This document shows positions 39,489-51,640 of a DNA stretch of 64,000 nt, in pieces. The notes beneath the pieces are model-generated. The model made no database searches and was not told the origin of the DNA. It worked only from the letters and a program-made list of their open reading frames with translations. The stretch's first letter is position 1. The number at the start of each line of letters is the position of its first letter. A program made the position numbers and the translations under genes. The stretch is from Botryllus schlosseri (lineage: Eukaryota). Location of the stretch: contig CM119371.1 in the NCBI GenBank assembly GCA_051294905.1, positions 37,016,001-37,080,000 of the forward strand. The letters are read 5' to 3'.

Positions 39489-40500
39489 GATTACCAGTGA
39501 ACCCGTCCCGTGAACCCGTCCCTCGGTGAACCCGGCCCTCGGCAAATTTTGTATTCATCGGCAACCCTAATATCCCACCTCCGGCAACCCTAATATCCTA
39601 CCCCAACCCTAATGTCCCCCACCCAAACCCTAATGTCCCCCACCCCCAACCCTAATGTCCCCACCCCCAACCCTAATATCCCACCTCCGGCAACCCCAAT
39701 GTCCCCCCCCCAACCCTAATATCCCACCTCCGGCAACCCTAATATCCCAACCCTAACATCCTACCCCAACCCTAATATCCCCCCTCCCCCAACCCTAACA
39801 TCCTCCCCCAACCCTAATATCCCCCCAACCCTAATATCCCACCTCCACCAACCCTAATATCCCATCTCCCCCAACCCTAATATCCCACCTCCGGCAACCC
39901 TAATATCCTAACCCCAACCCTAATATCCCACCTCCACCAACCCTAATATCCCACCTCCCCCAACCCTAGTATCATACCCGAACCCAATGTCCCACTCCCC
40001 GAACCCTAATGTCTCCCTCCCCCCTACCCTACCCAACCCTAACACCCGACCTCAACCTACAGTTGCAATAACGAGCAGACCATGCGTGGTTGATATGTGA
40101 GCAATAACAATCGTTGGGATATATTTTTCATCTGAACAAGTCACACACAATATACAATGCGATAAGACCCAATGCGATGTCATGAACAGATACGAGGATG
40201 TCGCACGTCCGCCCCTCGCCAAGTCAATTCAACAATGAGCCGACCACGCAATCGTGATCACGTGATCTGATCACTCCGTGACTGCGTGATCTACGCATGC
40301 CCTGACCTCCTTACAAGATCGACAAATCAGTTGATGATAACATTATTAGTTTAATAATTCATATTAATACTTGTTAATACACTTAATTTCAAAATTTCCC
40401 GAGGGCGGAATTCACCGAGGGTCGAGTTCATCGAGGGCCGGGTTCACCCAGGGACGGGTTCACCGAGGGACGGGTTCACGGGACGGGTTCACTGGCAACC
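39489..40500. mobile_element. Non-autonomous TIR element carrying a CCCTAA-containing C-rich array
   Basis: Termini GATTACCAGTGAACCCGTCCCGTGAACCCG / CGGGTTCACGGGACGGGTTCACTGGCAACC. Perfect 8-bp TSD CTACATCA (39481-39488, 40501-40508). AACCCTAATATCCC..CC units at 39560-40060. Paralogous sites at about 25348 and 53514 are empty. Confidence 0.85.
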
Positions 40501-40981
40501 CTACATCACATTGAAGATTTGTGGTATTTTTCGACCATACCTGTGTGATGCGATAGCACTTTGTGACAATGCTGTGATTCATCACGACTTTACAAATGTG
40601 TCATTTCAACTAACGTGCGCAGCGTTGTGCTACCGGTTTCGTATGTTGCGTTATGATCAATCAAGATTAACAGCCTTGCACAGTCAAAAATTGCATCAAA
40701 ATTATTATTATCTATCGGTAATAAATTAACTTTTAGCGACGAGAAGGATCGTATCATTATTAGAGTAAGCAAACTTTCTTGCAAAATCTTTTAGAACTTT
40801 GTGCCAAACATTTTGCGCTTAAAGACTTCAAGTACTACGTTACCGCAATTGCCATATATAGATGCAATCAGTATCAATCATTTCAACAAATGAGTGTTAC
40901 AGACAGACATATTCTAACTATTCATCCTGACTTGAAATATCGTTTAGGTGATATTTACAAGAGTGGGGAGGATCAGAGGAT

Positions 40982-42847
40982 ATGCATTCCGGCGCCAAAA
41001 ATCATGAATGTGATGATTGTGGGAAAGCATTTACTCGTAAGGGTAGCCTGAAGCTTCATATGAAGACGCATGATGAAGTCAAGAACCATGAATGCAATGT
41101 GCGTGGAAAAGCATTTACGTATACAGAACATCTGAACCTTCATAAGGACATGCATTCTGGCGCCAAGAACCATGAATGTAATGTGTGTGGAAAAGCTTTC
41201 ACTCAGAAGGGAGGCCTCAAGCTTCATATGAAGATCCATGCTGGCGTCAAAAATCATGAATGTGCTGTGTGTGGGAAAGCATTTACTCGGAAGGGTAACC
41301 TGAAGAGTCATTTAGAGCTGCATGCTGGCGTCAAAAATCATGAATGTGATGTGTGTGGGAAAGCCTTTACTCAGAAGGGAGACCTGAGGCTTCATATGAA
41401 GATCCATGCTGGCGTCAAGAATCATGAATGTGCTGTGTGTGGAAAATCATTTACTTGGAAGGGTAGCCACAAACTTCATATGAAGATCCACGCTGGCATC
41501 AAAAATCATGAATGTGCTGTGTGTGGGAAAGCATTTACTTTGAAGGGTAGCCTGAAACTTCATATGGAGATGCATGCTGGCGTCAAAAATTCTCAATGTT
41601 CTGTGTGTGGAAAAGTATTTACTCAAACGGGTCACCTCAAACTTCATATGGAGATGCATTCTGGCGTCAAAAATTATCAATGCGCTGTGTGTGGAAAAGC
41701 GTTTACTCACAAGGGTAGCCTCAAACGTCACATGGAGATGCATGCAGGCGTAAAAAATTATGAATGTAATATCTGTGGAAAAGCATTTACTCAAAAGGGT
41801 AACCTCAAGCTTCATATAGAGATGCATGCTGGCGTCAAAAATCATCAATGTGCTGTGTGTGGGAAAGCATTTACTAGCAAGGGTGAGCTCAAACTTCATA
41901 TGGAGATGCATGCTGGCGTCAAAAATCATCAATGTTCTGTGTGTGGAAAAGTATTTACTCAAGCGGGTTACGTCAAACTTCATATGGAGATGCATTCTGG
42001 TGTCAAAAATCATCAATGTGCTGTATGTGGGAAAGCATTTACTGGGAAGGGTAACCTCAACCTTCATATGGAGATGCATGCTGGCGTCAAAAATTATGAA
42101 TGTGATATCTGTGGAAAAGCATTTACTCAGAAGGGTAACCTCAAGCTTCATATGGAGATGCATGCTGGCGTCAAAAATTATGAATGTGATATCTGTGGAA
42201 AAGCATTTACTCAGAAGGGTAACTTCAAGCTTCATATGGAGATGCATGCTGCCGTCAAAAATCATCAATGTTCTGTTTGTGGAAAAGAATTTACTCAGAA
42301 GGGTAGCCTGAAACTTCATATGGATATGCATGCTGGCGTCAAAAATCATTCATGTTCTTTGTTTGGGAAAGCATTTACTGGTAAGCGTGACCTCAAACTT
42401 CATATGGAGATGCATGCTGGCGTCAAAAATTACCAATGTGATGTGTGTGGGAAAGCATTTACCCAGAAGGGTAGCCTCAAACTTCACATGGAGATGCATG
42501 CTGGCGTCAAAAATCACCAATGTGCTGTGTGTGGGAAAGCATTTACTCAGAAGGGAGGTCTCAAACTTCATATGAAGATCCATGCTGGCATCAAAAATCA
42601 TGAATGTGCTGTGTGTGGTAAAGCATTTACTCATAAGGGTAGCCTCAAACTTCATATGGATTTGCATGCTGGCGTCAAAAAACATCAATGTGCTTTGTGT
42701 GGGAAAGCATTTAGTGGTAAGCGTGACCTCAAACTTCATATGGAGATGCATGCTGGCGTCAAAAATCACCAATGTGATGTGTGTGGGAAAGCATTTACCC
42801 AGAAGGGTAGCCTCAAACTTCATATGGAGACGCATGCTGGCGTCTAA
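40982..42847 (+). CDS. Tandem C2H2 zinc-finger protein ZNF-C, 22 repeats (two lack the second Cys); three more disrupted fingers follow to 43122
   Basis: 621-aa ORF ending in a TAA inside the linker. The repeat continues past the stop with a second TAA and a 5-bp insertion near 42908. Could be a truncated gene or a young pseudogene. Confidence 0.7.
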   Translation: MHSGAKNHECDDCGKAFTRKGSLKLHMKTHDEVKNHECNVRGKAFTYTEHLNLHKDMHSGAKNHECNVCGKAFTQKGGLKLHMKIHAGVKNHECAVCGKAFTRKGNLKSHLELHAGVKNHECDVCGKAFTQKGDLRLHMKIHAGVKNHECAVCGKSFTWKGSHKLHMKIHAGIKNHECAVCGKAFTLKGSLKLHMEMHAGVKNSQCSVCGKVFTQTGHLKLHMEMHSGVKNYQCAVCGKAFTHKGSLKRHMEMHAGVKNYECNICGKAFTQKGNLKLHIEMHAGVKNHQCAVCGKAFTSKGELKLHMEMHAGVKNHQCSVCGKVFTQAGYVKLHMEMHSGVKNHQCAVCGKAFTGKGNLNLHMEMHAGVKNYECDICGKAFTQKGNLKLHMEMHAGVKNYECDICGKAFTQKGNFKLHMEMHAAVKNHQCSVCGKEFTQKGSLKLHMDMHAGVKNHSCSLFGKAFTGKRDLKLHMEMHAGVKNYQCDVCGKAFTQKGSLKLHMEMHAGVKNHQCAVCGKAFTQKGGLKLHMKIHAGIKNHECAVCGKAFTHKGSLKLHMDLHAGVKKHQCALCGKAFSGKRDLKLHMEMHAGVKNHQCDVCGKAFTQKGSLKLHMETHAGV

Positions 42848-43330
42848 AATCATTAATGTTCTGTGTGTGGAAAAGCATTTACTCAATCGGGTGACCTCAA
42901 ACTTCATACGGTATGGAGATACATGCTGGCGTCAGAAATCATGAATGTGATGTATATAGGACAGGATTTACTCATATGGATCACCAGAAGCTTTGTATGG
43001 AGATGCATGCTGGCGTCAAATATCATCAATGTTCTGTGTGTGGAAAAGCATTTACTCAGAAGGGTAACCTCAAACTTCATATGGAGATGTATGCTGGTTT
43101 CCAATTTGGCTCAGTTGCATGAAGCAGAAGCGAAGTTATGACAATTTGAAATTTCAACCATTTTGTAAAATAATAGTATTGACGGTGCCTAATTTTTTCA
43201 AATTACCAAACATCATGTTCCATGCGTTTTTATGTGGGATGTGATGAGACTGCGTTTGCGTAAAGACATTAACTGAATACAAATTTAGACGCTCATTCGC
43301 TGGAAATCGGTGAGATTCATTTTGATAGCC

Positions 43331-44338
43331 CATTGTTCGGATCAAGTCATTACAGCACTTTCGAGTCACAAGTTATCGCGAGTCGTTGCATATTTTGACT
43401 CGAATCAAGTCAGGGTTAATTTTCGAAATATGAGGCGTTATTCAAAGCCAATACTTTTGCTAGCTGCTGGAAAGTGGGAACACAGATGACTTGACTTGAC
43501 TTGACTCGGAGCTTCGAAAATGTGCATTGACTCGTGACTCGGAGCAAAATTTACGAGTCAATTTCAAGTCATTAAGTAAGCGGTGTCGAATAAATCACTG
43601 CATCTTTTGTATGTTCGTATTGTCCGAGATACGCCGGTGTCACTCGTAAGAACAACCAGTCATTCAGTGATTGTACTTTACAAGGTTCCTCTATTGTTAG
43701 ATCACAAATAAATTGACCGCAAAAGTAGAAAATTGATGTAAATAGCAATGTGTCTCTGTTTCTTAGACGACTCAATGCTTATGTTGCCCAGTGCTCACAT
43801 TTACCAATCCTCTTGTATGATTTAAATCGAACGAATATATTGCGTGCGTTTATATTGTCACGGACTTGTAGATGGGTAGTGTAGGCTATTGAACCATATC
43901 AATTTGTTGTAACTCCTCGAAGCTTCTTATTAGGTCCTATATTTTGGCTGATAAGAACTGACTGTAGTAGGTAGCTATACAGTGTACAGTTACTCACGTA
44001 CCAGTTCTACGTGTGCGTGAGGGATACACCGCCGTTTTACATTTGTATTTATCTAGATATTCGTTATTTTATTAAGATAAATGATTTATTAATCTGTGTT
44101 TCACGCAGCTAGCAAAATGTAATGAATTTGAATCATCACTCGTACTTCGAAAATTCAATCTGACTTGAATTGTGACTTGACTTGACTTGACTCGAGTCGT
44201 CTCCAAAAAACGAGTGACTTGACTTGACTCGAGTCGAGTCACCTTTGAAAATCGATTGACTTGACTTGACTCGAGTCAAAATCTGCAATGACTCGAGATG
44301 ACTCGTGACTCGAAGGTAGTGACTTGATCCCAACACTG
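43331..44338. mobile_element. About 1-kb hAT-type non-autonomous element with GACTT/GACTCGAGTC subrepeats; partial copy from 45928
   Basis: Left CATTGTTCGGATCAAGTCA, right TGACTTGATCCCAACACTG. 45928-46240 repeats part of it. No clean TSD. Confidence 0.6.
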
Positions 44339-44615
44339 GATAGAATACGATAGAAACCGCAGGTAGTTGAAACAAATTCATATGATGCAATACCTCACCC
44401 ATGAAACACAATGTAAGCCTGCTTCTATTGTTAACGAATAATAATTACATTATACGTACATACTATTCGTGCGGTTTAAGTCATATAAGGGGGATGGTTA
44501 AGGTGAACATTGCCAGAGTGAGAGCAGTCTACAGAACCCGGGATATAATAATTAAATTACTATACTTCAAGTTTAACAGCAACGTCAGCTGTGATCATGA
44601 TCAACAATGGAGGCT

Positions 44616-45185
44616 CAGAGGTGGTCAGTACCGAAGTAATTCTACTTTCTGAAGTACTCAAGTAGTTTTCCACTACTCGGGTACTTACTCAAGTAGATCT
44701 AATTTCCCCTCTACTTTTACTTCGTAATATTTTGTGATCTACGTACTTACTTTCACAATTTCAGTTTGTCGAATAGAAGTAGTTTAATCCCACAATCAGG
44801 AAGATAGCCTGGGGAATTTCAGGGAAGTTTTCACGCAATATCACCTTTAAATTGTCATAAAAGTTCAGTAAAGTTAATAATATTTGCTGCGCAGAGTGGA
44901 TATGGTGTGACCAGTATGATTTCACAGAAGTATCGGTGAATTCGATTTAGGTAGCGGGTTGTGTGGTTCCGTTAACACCGCATTGTCGACCGTGTGAAAT
45001 ATTTCATCGGTGTAGGCTATATCAGGCTCATCATAACGTTTGAAACTGATGTTTTGCAATCTGCTGCTCAATTACTTTAGTAGAATTAAAGTCAGTAAAT
45101 TACTACTCCAAGTAATTCTAAGTTGCTTATAAAAGAAGTGCTTCTTACTTGAGTATCTTTCTTGACTATACTTTGACCACCTCTG
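44616..45185. mobile_element. MITE with 12-bp TIR CAGAGGTGGTCA
   Basis: CAGAGGTGGTCA at 44616 and TGACCACCTCTG ending 45185. AGTA/TACT-rich subterminal repeats. Confidence 0.6.
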
Positions 45186-46339
45186 CGAACAATACGAAGA
45201 TATACATACATCTAGCCTAACTGTTCAATGTGTACATTATGCAGGGATTTAGTCGACATCAATTACTTGACCAATTGAACTTGACTCGCAAATTTTACTC
45301 CGACTAGTCCCGAGCAATGTTCCCTCTAATTTTCCACAAGTCTGCGCGCACTCACCAACTCATTGCGCGGTCCCATATTGGACAACAGTGCGTAACATCT
45401 TGAGATCCGAAGCAGAGGACAACGTGTTGACTAAAAAAAGTCATCATTATAGCTGAACTCCTTTTTTCCGCTAATGTGTGGTTTTGACTAAAAAATGGTC
45501 ATCACGTTGACTAGGCTCCCATATTCCACGAGTTTTCTGAAACTTCGACTTTTCATCACGTTCTAATACATTTCCTACATTCGTACATCGAAGATGGTTG
45601 TCAGTTTGGTCGGATGATCATCAGTGCCTTCTGCGAAAGAGTGTTCATTTTTTTGCGGGGCACAGATTTTTCTGTGCGCGCCGACTTTGTTGAAAGTGCG
45701 CGGCCACGCATGCTGCGTTTGGCTGAGAGAGGACGATTGTGATAGTGTAAGGGTGATGAATCCGGCTTCTCGATCGGTATATCGTGGGTTCGATCCCTGG
45801 CCGGGTCAGACCATGAAAGACTAGAAAACTGGTATCCGCAGCTATCGTGCTTGGCGGTCATGCATCCAAGGAGAGCATGGAGGAGAAAAAACGGGGGTGC
45901 AGACTTTAGGTGACCTTACGGTCGTATCAGTGTTGGGATGACTCGAGTCAATTTTTTCGTTTGACTTGACTTGACTCGAGTCACTTTGCTAAATTGACTT
46001 GACTTGACTTGACTCTACGTATCAGAAATGGGGATTGACTCGATCGTGACGCGGAGGAGAATTCACGAGTCAATTTCAAGTCATCAAGTAATCGGTGTCG
46101 ATAAAAATCACTGTATCTTGCATATGTTCAGATTGTTCGCGAAGCGCTGGTGTAACCCGTTAGAATGACCAATCATTCAATGATCGTGCCTGTTACTGAG
46201 CCTCCACTGTTTCCTCACAAATAAATTGACCTCAAACGAAGTGATCGAAGCCTACTTTGCGTTGTCGTAAACTAGTATTAAAGTATTTCAATAGCAAAAT
46301 ATTTAGTTCTGTTTCTGTTCTTATCTTATCGCCAACAAA

Positions 46340-47607
46340 TGGTTGCGATCTCAAACACATTGTCCTCTCTTCACCTGGTGACCTGTGGTGTACCCCAAGG
46401 CTCAGTACTCGGACCGGTCCTCTTCACCTTACATGTCAACGACATTTTTGAAACCTCCTCATTGAACACCACACTGTTCTCTGATAATACTAACCTCCTT
46501 TCTTCCGCATCTTTGACGGCAGAGACTAGTGACCAAATGCCTGAAGTCCATGCGTGGACGGCCCAGATAAACCTTTGCATAAGCGCCTCGAAATCCCAAC
46601 TGCTGACAGTAAATTAAAAAAATAACCTAACCGTTAATATCGCTGGTCAGCCCGTTTCCAACACAGATAATGCCAAATATCTCTGGGCTTTACTGGACTC
46701 GAACATGTCCTGGAAGAGTCATATTCAGTCCCTAGACACTAAATTAGCACCGAAGTGTGGCCTGCAGTTCTACAGCCTTAGGCGCTTCATGCCAGCATGG
46801 GTTCTTCTGATACTCTTTAAATCCTTAATCCAATCGAAGTTGTTACATTATGGCATCCTCTGTTGGGGGGCTGCCAGTAAAACTGCACTCAAGCCACTGC
46901 AAAAACTACAGCATAAAGTATTCCGAATCATAGCAAGGGCCCCAAAGGGGCCTGGCTGCCCATCCAACAAGTCGCTGCTGAAGAGATTCGACGTCCTAAT
47001 AATAGAAGATATGCGGAAACTGGAAATCGCCAAGTTTATGTATCAGTTCCACCGCGGTCGTTGCCCCGAATATTTCAATGACTTCTTTACCTCGGAATCA
47101 AAAGCGCACAAGTAAAACACACGCTCGTCCACGTCGTCCAAATATCATATGATCGACTGAAAAGATCATCGCTCTATTAAATATGCCGGACCTGAAGTGT
47201 GGAACAGTATCCCTCCGGCCATCCGACAGTAGACTAGCATGTTCACTATCCAGTTGTCCACATTCAAGTCGAAATACAAGCAATTACTACTAAATAAATA
47301 CAGTCCATCCTTAAGATTACCAGACCGGATCGCGACTGACCTATCGATCTCGCTTCCCATGACATGCCCCGTTGCCCCCCTATTCTTCTCGCTTCCTTTT
47401 TCTATACTGTCTTCTTTACTTTCATTCAGTGTGCAATGTGCATGCCTCTTCTTTACATCGCCTAGGCCAAGGTGGGTGTCTGATTCCATAGACTACTCCC
47501 AGTCGCTTCGACATCTTCCTGTCTATTCATTGTATCGCATTTTTTGCGGTGTATTGAACTGATAAAATTGCTAATAAACCAATGATGATGATGATGATGA
47601 TGATGAT
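46340..47607 (+). mobile_element. 5'-truncated non-LTR retrotransposon, CR1/L2-group
   Basis: RT motifs CGVPQGSVLGPVLF.L.VND and a degenerate FSDN (F/YADD position), then SWKSHI, SLIQSKL.YGILCWG, LQKLQ.K..RII across frameshifts. The 3' UTR ends in AATAAA (47573) and an (ATG)n tail at 47582-47607. Confidence 0.85.
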
Positions 47608-47698
47608 TTGACGATTATTGAGATAGTATCGATAGACCACAACTTTGCCGTGTAGTATTGAAAGTTCCGCCTTTTAGTTTTACCTCAGTTATCTATAT

Positions 47699-47987
47699 TT
47701 GAATAGTTATTCATATTGAAATGAGCCCGAGTATTTTCGGCTGACACGGTTCGTCAGGGGTAATCGTCAGCAACTAGTAGAGAATATGAAAGAACATTGT
47801 AAATCAACAATCGTATCACAAAATATGACGTCACCAGCATGAAACTTCGACTGGTGACGTCATATTTTGTGATACGATTGTTGATATACAATGCTCTTTC
47901 TTATTCTCTACTAGTTGCTGACGGCTACCCCTGACGAGTGTAAGTTGAAAATATTTGGGTTCATTTCAATATGAAGATACTGTTCAA
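47699..47987. mobile_element. Fully palindromic MITE (about 290 bp)
   Basis: The arms ...GTATCACAAAATATGACGTCACCAG and CTGGTGACGTCATATTTTGTGATAC... are reverse complements around a loop of about 13 nt. Related arms at 2885-3030/3790-3920, 6860-7060, 31020-31150/31965-32090 and 35500-35710. Confidence 0.75.
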
Positions 47988-48584
47988 TTGTATACTGAAG
48001 TTCTGTACCTCCAAGAAACTCTTACCTATCTTTAGAGTTTTAGACATCCTCATCATTTTAGACTCGAGTAATTTTGTCAGAGTCTGTCTGTCCAACGGAT
48101 TGCTCGGTCCGCTGTATTTAGTATTGGTTAGTATTGCAATTTACGCCTGATCCACTGTTCGCTCGGTTCGCTGTTTAGTGTTGGCCGTGATGTGATTACA
48201 ATAACAACAATATCATCATGAAGTGAATACTATAAGAAAATTATTGGGTATAGTTCTACTTCAGTACGATGAGGGTTGCTGTGATTACAGACTTGTATGA
48301 ACCAAACATTCAGTTGGTTGATGGTCAACTAACTAACTAACAAGTTTTGAGTAGTTCTAGTTCTAGTTGCGGATTTGAAATTGAGTACCGTTAGTTCTAT
48401 AGGGGCAGATTTTGAAAATTCAGTAGTTCAAGCTACACATTTGAAAAAAACAATAGTTGCCGAACAGCTAGAAAACACGTGTCGTGGTTTTGGACGAATT
48501 GAGTGGCCGGTGTTCCATTGAATGGCGTTTGTACAGTCATTTCTCGCTCAGAGCCATCACCGCTGACAGTCGTGGGGTGGCGGG

Positions 48585-49099
48585 TAGGGCTGGGCAAAAT
48601 CGAGTACCTGAGTGATTCGATTCTGAATCACGTAATATGCTTCGAGTCGAGTCGAGTAATCGAGTACCACTTATTATGACGTCATAACAGAATGTAATAC
48701 GTCAAAGTTCAAATATGTACCGTTTATGCCACCACAACGAATAAACTGCCTGTTATCCATCTAATAAATGACACTATGATATTTTTTCGACCATACTGAT
48801 TTCATTCCACTTGGTGACAATGATTTGAGATAATCATGACTTCGGAAATGTGCTACGTCCAGTAACCTTCGTAGCTTTGTACTATATGTTTCGTATGCTA
48901 AGATACCACCAATCAAATTTTCAAGGCTTAACAGTGAAAATAGTATCGAAACTATAATTCTCGTTGATAAATCAACTTTCAGTGGCGAGAAGCGCATAAT
49001 TTCAGTACTCGAAAAAAGCGTATTTTACTACTCGACTCGAATCATTAAAAATAATACTCGATTCGGATTCGAGTACTCGAATCATTGTGCCCAGCCCTA
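48585..49099. mobile_element. Intact 515-bp hAT-type MITE
   Basis: TIR TAGGGCTGGGCA / TGCCCAGCCCTA. Perfect 8-bp TSD GTGGCGGG (48577-48584, 49100-49107). Confidence 0.9.
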
Positions 49100-49964
49100 G
49101 TGGCGGGGAACCGGGGTGAAATTCGCCCGCACAGTTCTAGCAGTTCTCCATCTTAAGGTTCTTTTTTGAAATAAATCCTGCGTGATGAGAGCTTTTCTAC
49201 ATAGAATAATTAAGTAATTAAGCAGAAAGTTCTGCGTGACGTTGCCACCAATTCCACTCTGACGTAGCCAGAGGGTGTTTTTTTTTTGGTCCAAATCTCT
49301 CCTATTACAAACTCTAAATCCCGTTCTTTTGAAATGTCGATTCAATGTCTGATATTTCCGATGAAATGAAAAATTGATCTGTTGACTAAGAGAGTGAAAT
49401 CTAGTTCTGTACGGTTCTAATCTTTAATGACTTGGGAACCCCTACGTCCAAGATGGGCAACTATTTTCTGAGAATGAAAGGCGGCTAAGTACGTTGGTGA
49501 GCTAAGTCAAAAGTTTGTATTTGTACTATATTCGGCGATGTACCGTCCGTATTAATTTCTAATACGGTAATTTATGAATTGAACGCAAAGAATCAGGCGC
49601 TTCTTCGATATACGCCCCAGATCGAAACAGTGTTTCACATGTAACCAGCAAGTGTTTCCCATGAACATGATCAAATTTTATAAACGTCAAAACAAATTGT
49701 TTTTGCCTGTGGAGAGACGGATATTAGGGTTGGATGTGGTCAAAGTTGGGGTTAGGTATATCAGGGTTTGGGGAGATTATGGTTGGGGGTAGGTGGATAT
49801 TAGGGTTGTGTTAGGATATTCCAGGATTAGAGCGCACTTTTTTTGTAAAATAAATTTCATTCGCACAAACTAACTGAAAATTGTTATGCAAAAGGAAGAT
49901 GAAAATACTTTATTTATTCGTTCAGATGTACAACAAATTGGCTACTATGTATCTTAAGCTATCA

Positions 49965-50150
49965 AGTGTTGCGGGTTTGAGTCCGACCGAGATCGACTTC
50001 AGAATTCCTATCCTTAATTGTTGGAGGTTTATCTAGGCTCCTGCTCGTCACCTCATCCGCGTAAGAAGTGGGCCGTGCTATAAGTCCGGCCTAGTGTAAA
50101 TGACCATAGTAGCCGACAAACACCATGAATACCGCAAACAAACAAACAAG
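49965..50150 (+). mobile_element. SINE-like repeat (family 2) with (CAAA)n tail
   Basis: B-box-like GGGTTTGAGTCC, a body containing GGCCGTGCTATAAGT and GTGTAAATGACCA...CGACAAACACC, and a tail CAAACAAACAAACAA. Related pieces at 18865-18996 (+), 23812-23972 (-) and 61624-62635 (-, interrupted). Confidence 0.6.
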
Positions 50151-51249
50151 TGTAGTGTCTCAATAAAAAGGCTACTATTTTCGCTTGTTTCGATTTCAAC
50201 TATTTCACTAAAACCCTTCTCTGCCTAACAAGTTGTTGGGTTTTGTACAAGAACGTATACTAGTGCTTGGATGGCCACAACTTAAAATTTGTTCTGCACT
50301 CCCATCCAAAATACAACTTGTTTTTCACGACTGAAAAATGCTTGCTGGAAGGAATCGATTTTGAGAGCTTACGAAAAGGTCGAGGAGGCTCTATAGAGTA
50401 TGTCGAAAGGCTGAAAACCCCACCTGTTTATGTTGAGGCTTTTGCCTCATGTCTTGGAAAATAAGGTTCAAACTATCGAGAAGAGTAGGCACATTGGAGC
50501 TCGCTACCTTATGAGACTTTCTTCGATTTACCATTTTATGTCTCGCGAGTATGTGGGAATAGCAAATAAACTGACGATACTGTGTGTTCTGCTCCTTAGC
50601 TCAATCTAACTTGAGAATTCATAACAGTTTATTAACGTTAACGCAGCTTTTTAGACTACTACCAAAATCTGAGTTTTTGTGGCATCTCGCGACCCGAGCC
50701 ACACCCATGAAAAGGAATTCATTTTGAATATTACAGTATAGTATGCTACGATTTTACGGACATGTATGACATACAGAGCGCGCACACCACAATTCTATCC
50801 AATACAGCTCTACAAAATGTGTCTGACGCACGCGATTTCAAATTAGGGTGCATTAAATACCGACGCGTGTCACAGTTGTACTACTGTCTTACTCAGATTG
50901 CAAGAACAGCACTATTCCGTGCCGACAACGGAGCATATCCATATCGAATGGTTTGGCCATACGACATCGCTCATTTTTTGGCCAAGGTTTTGTCGACTCT
51001 TATGTTTTGACACCGCATTTCATCAGCGGTTTGTTGGCCAAAACTTTTCGTCTTCATTTGACCCGACGCAAAAGGGGTTGGCCTCGAAATGAATGAGTCT
51101 CATAGACCTGAACGCGCTCGTTGCACATCCCTAGTCCCTACACTAGTTCATCCCAACGGTCATCGACCATGTTTTCCGGAAAAACCAGTCGGATAAATCT
51201 TATCATGAATTCTCATGATAAAACCATATTTTTTGCGAGTCTCGTTTAT

Positions 51250-51640
51250 TGGCTGGAGTAGCCTACTCAACTCCGTGACCATGGATTTGTAAAAACTATC
51301 GCAGGATTTTTCCAATAAATTTAGGAGATAATACATACATATTAACGGATAGCTTTGCCACCGCGTCGACCCAAAATTATACCCTTTTGCGGTCCATACT
51401 GTAATAACCTTTGAAGGGGTAAAAATTTGCGTTACAGTAACTTGCAAATGTGAGTCTGTAATGATGGTATGTACTACTATCCCCGTGCCTCGCATTAATC
51501 GAACAGTTATTACGAAAGTATGATGATTTTTAGCGAAAGAAAGCAGAAAGTCAATTTGACGTCATGTTTCGAGCCTGTCGCAGGCTCAGAAGGGCTTATA
51601 TACTGTATTTCTGCCACTACACAAGCTTCCGAACCAGGCT
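51250..51640 (-). pseudogene. Possible highly decayed Kolobok-type transposase fragment
   Basis: The minus strand reads GIVVHTIITDSHLQV...VWTAKG, reminiscent of the TDRH.QI...DVWH.AKG motif, with a weak KYSI*ALL upstream. Motif match from memory only. Confidence 0.3.

Noticed and set aside
42845..42847. Same HAGV* stop in ZNF-C and ZNF-D (56564) as a shared programmed terminus
   Set aside because: In D the paralogous finger has CAA, so CAA to TAA explains it locally and the neighbouring fingers differ between C and D. Probably independent events.
41447..42907. Long antisense and shifted-frame ORFs over the ZNF arrays (also 14618-14986, 55922-56656)
   Set aside because: Expected shadows of a stop-poor 84-bp tandem repeat.
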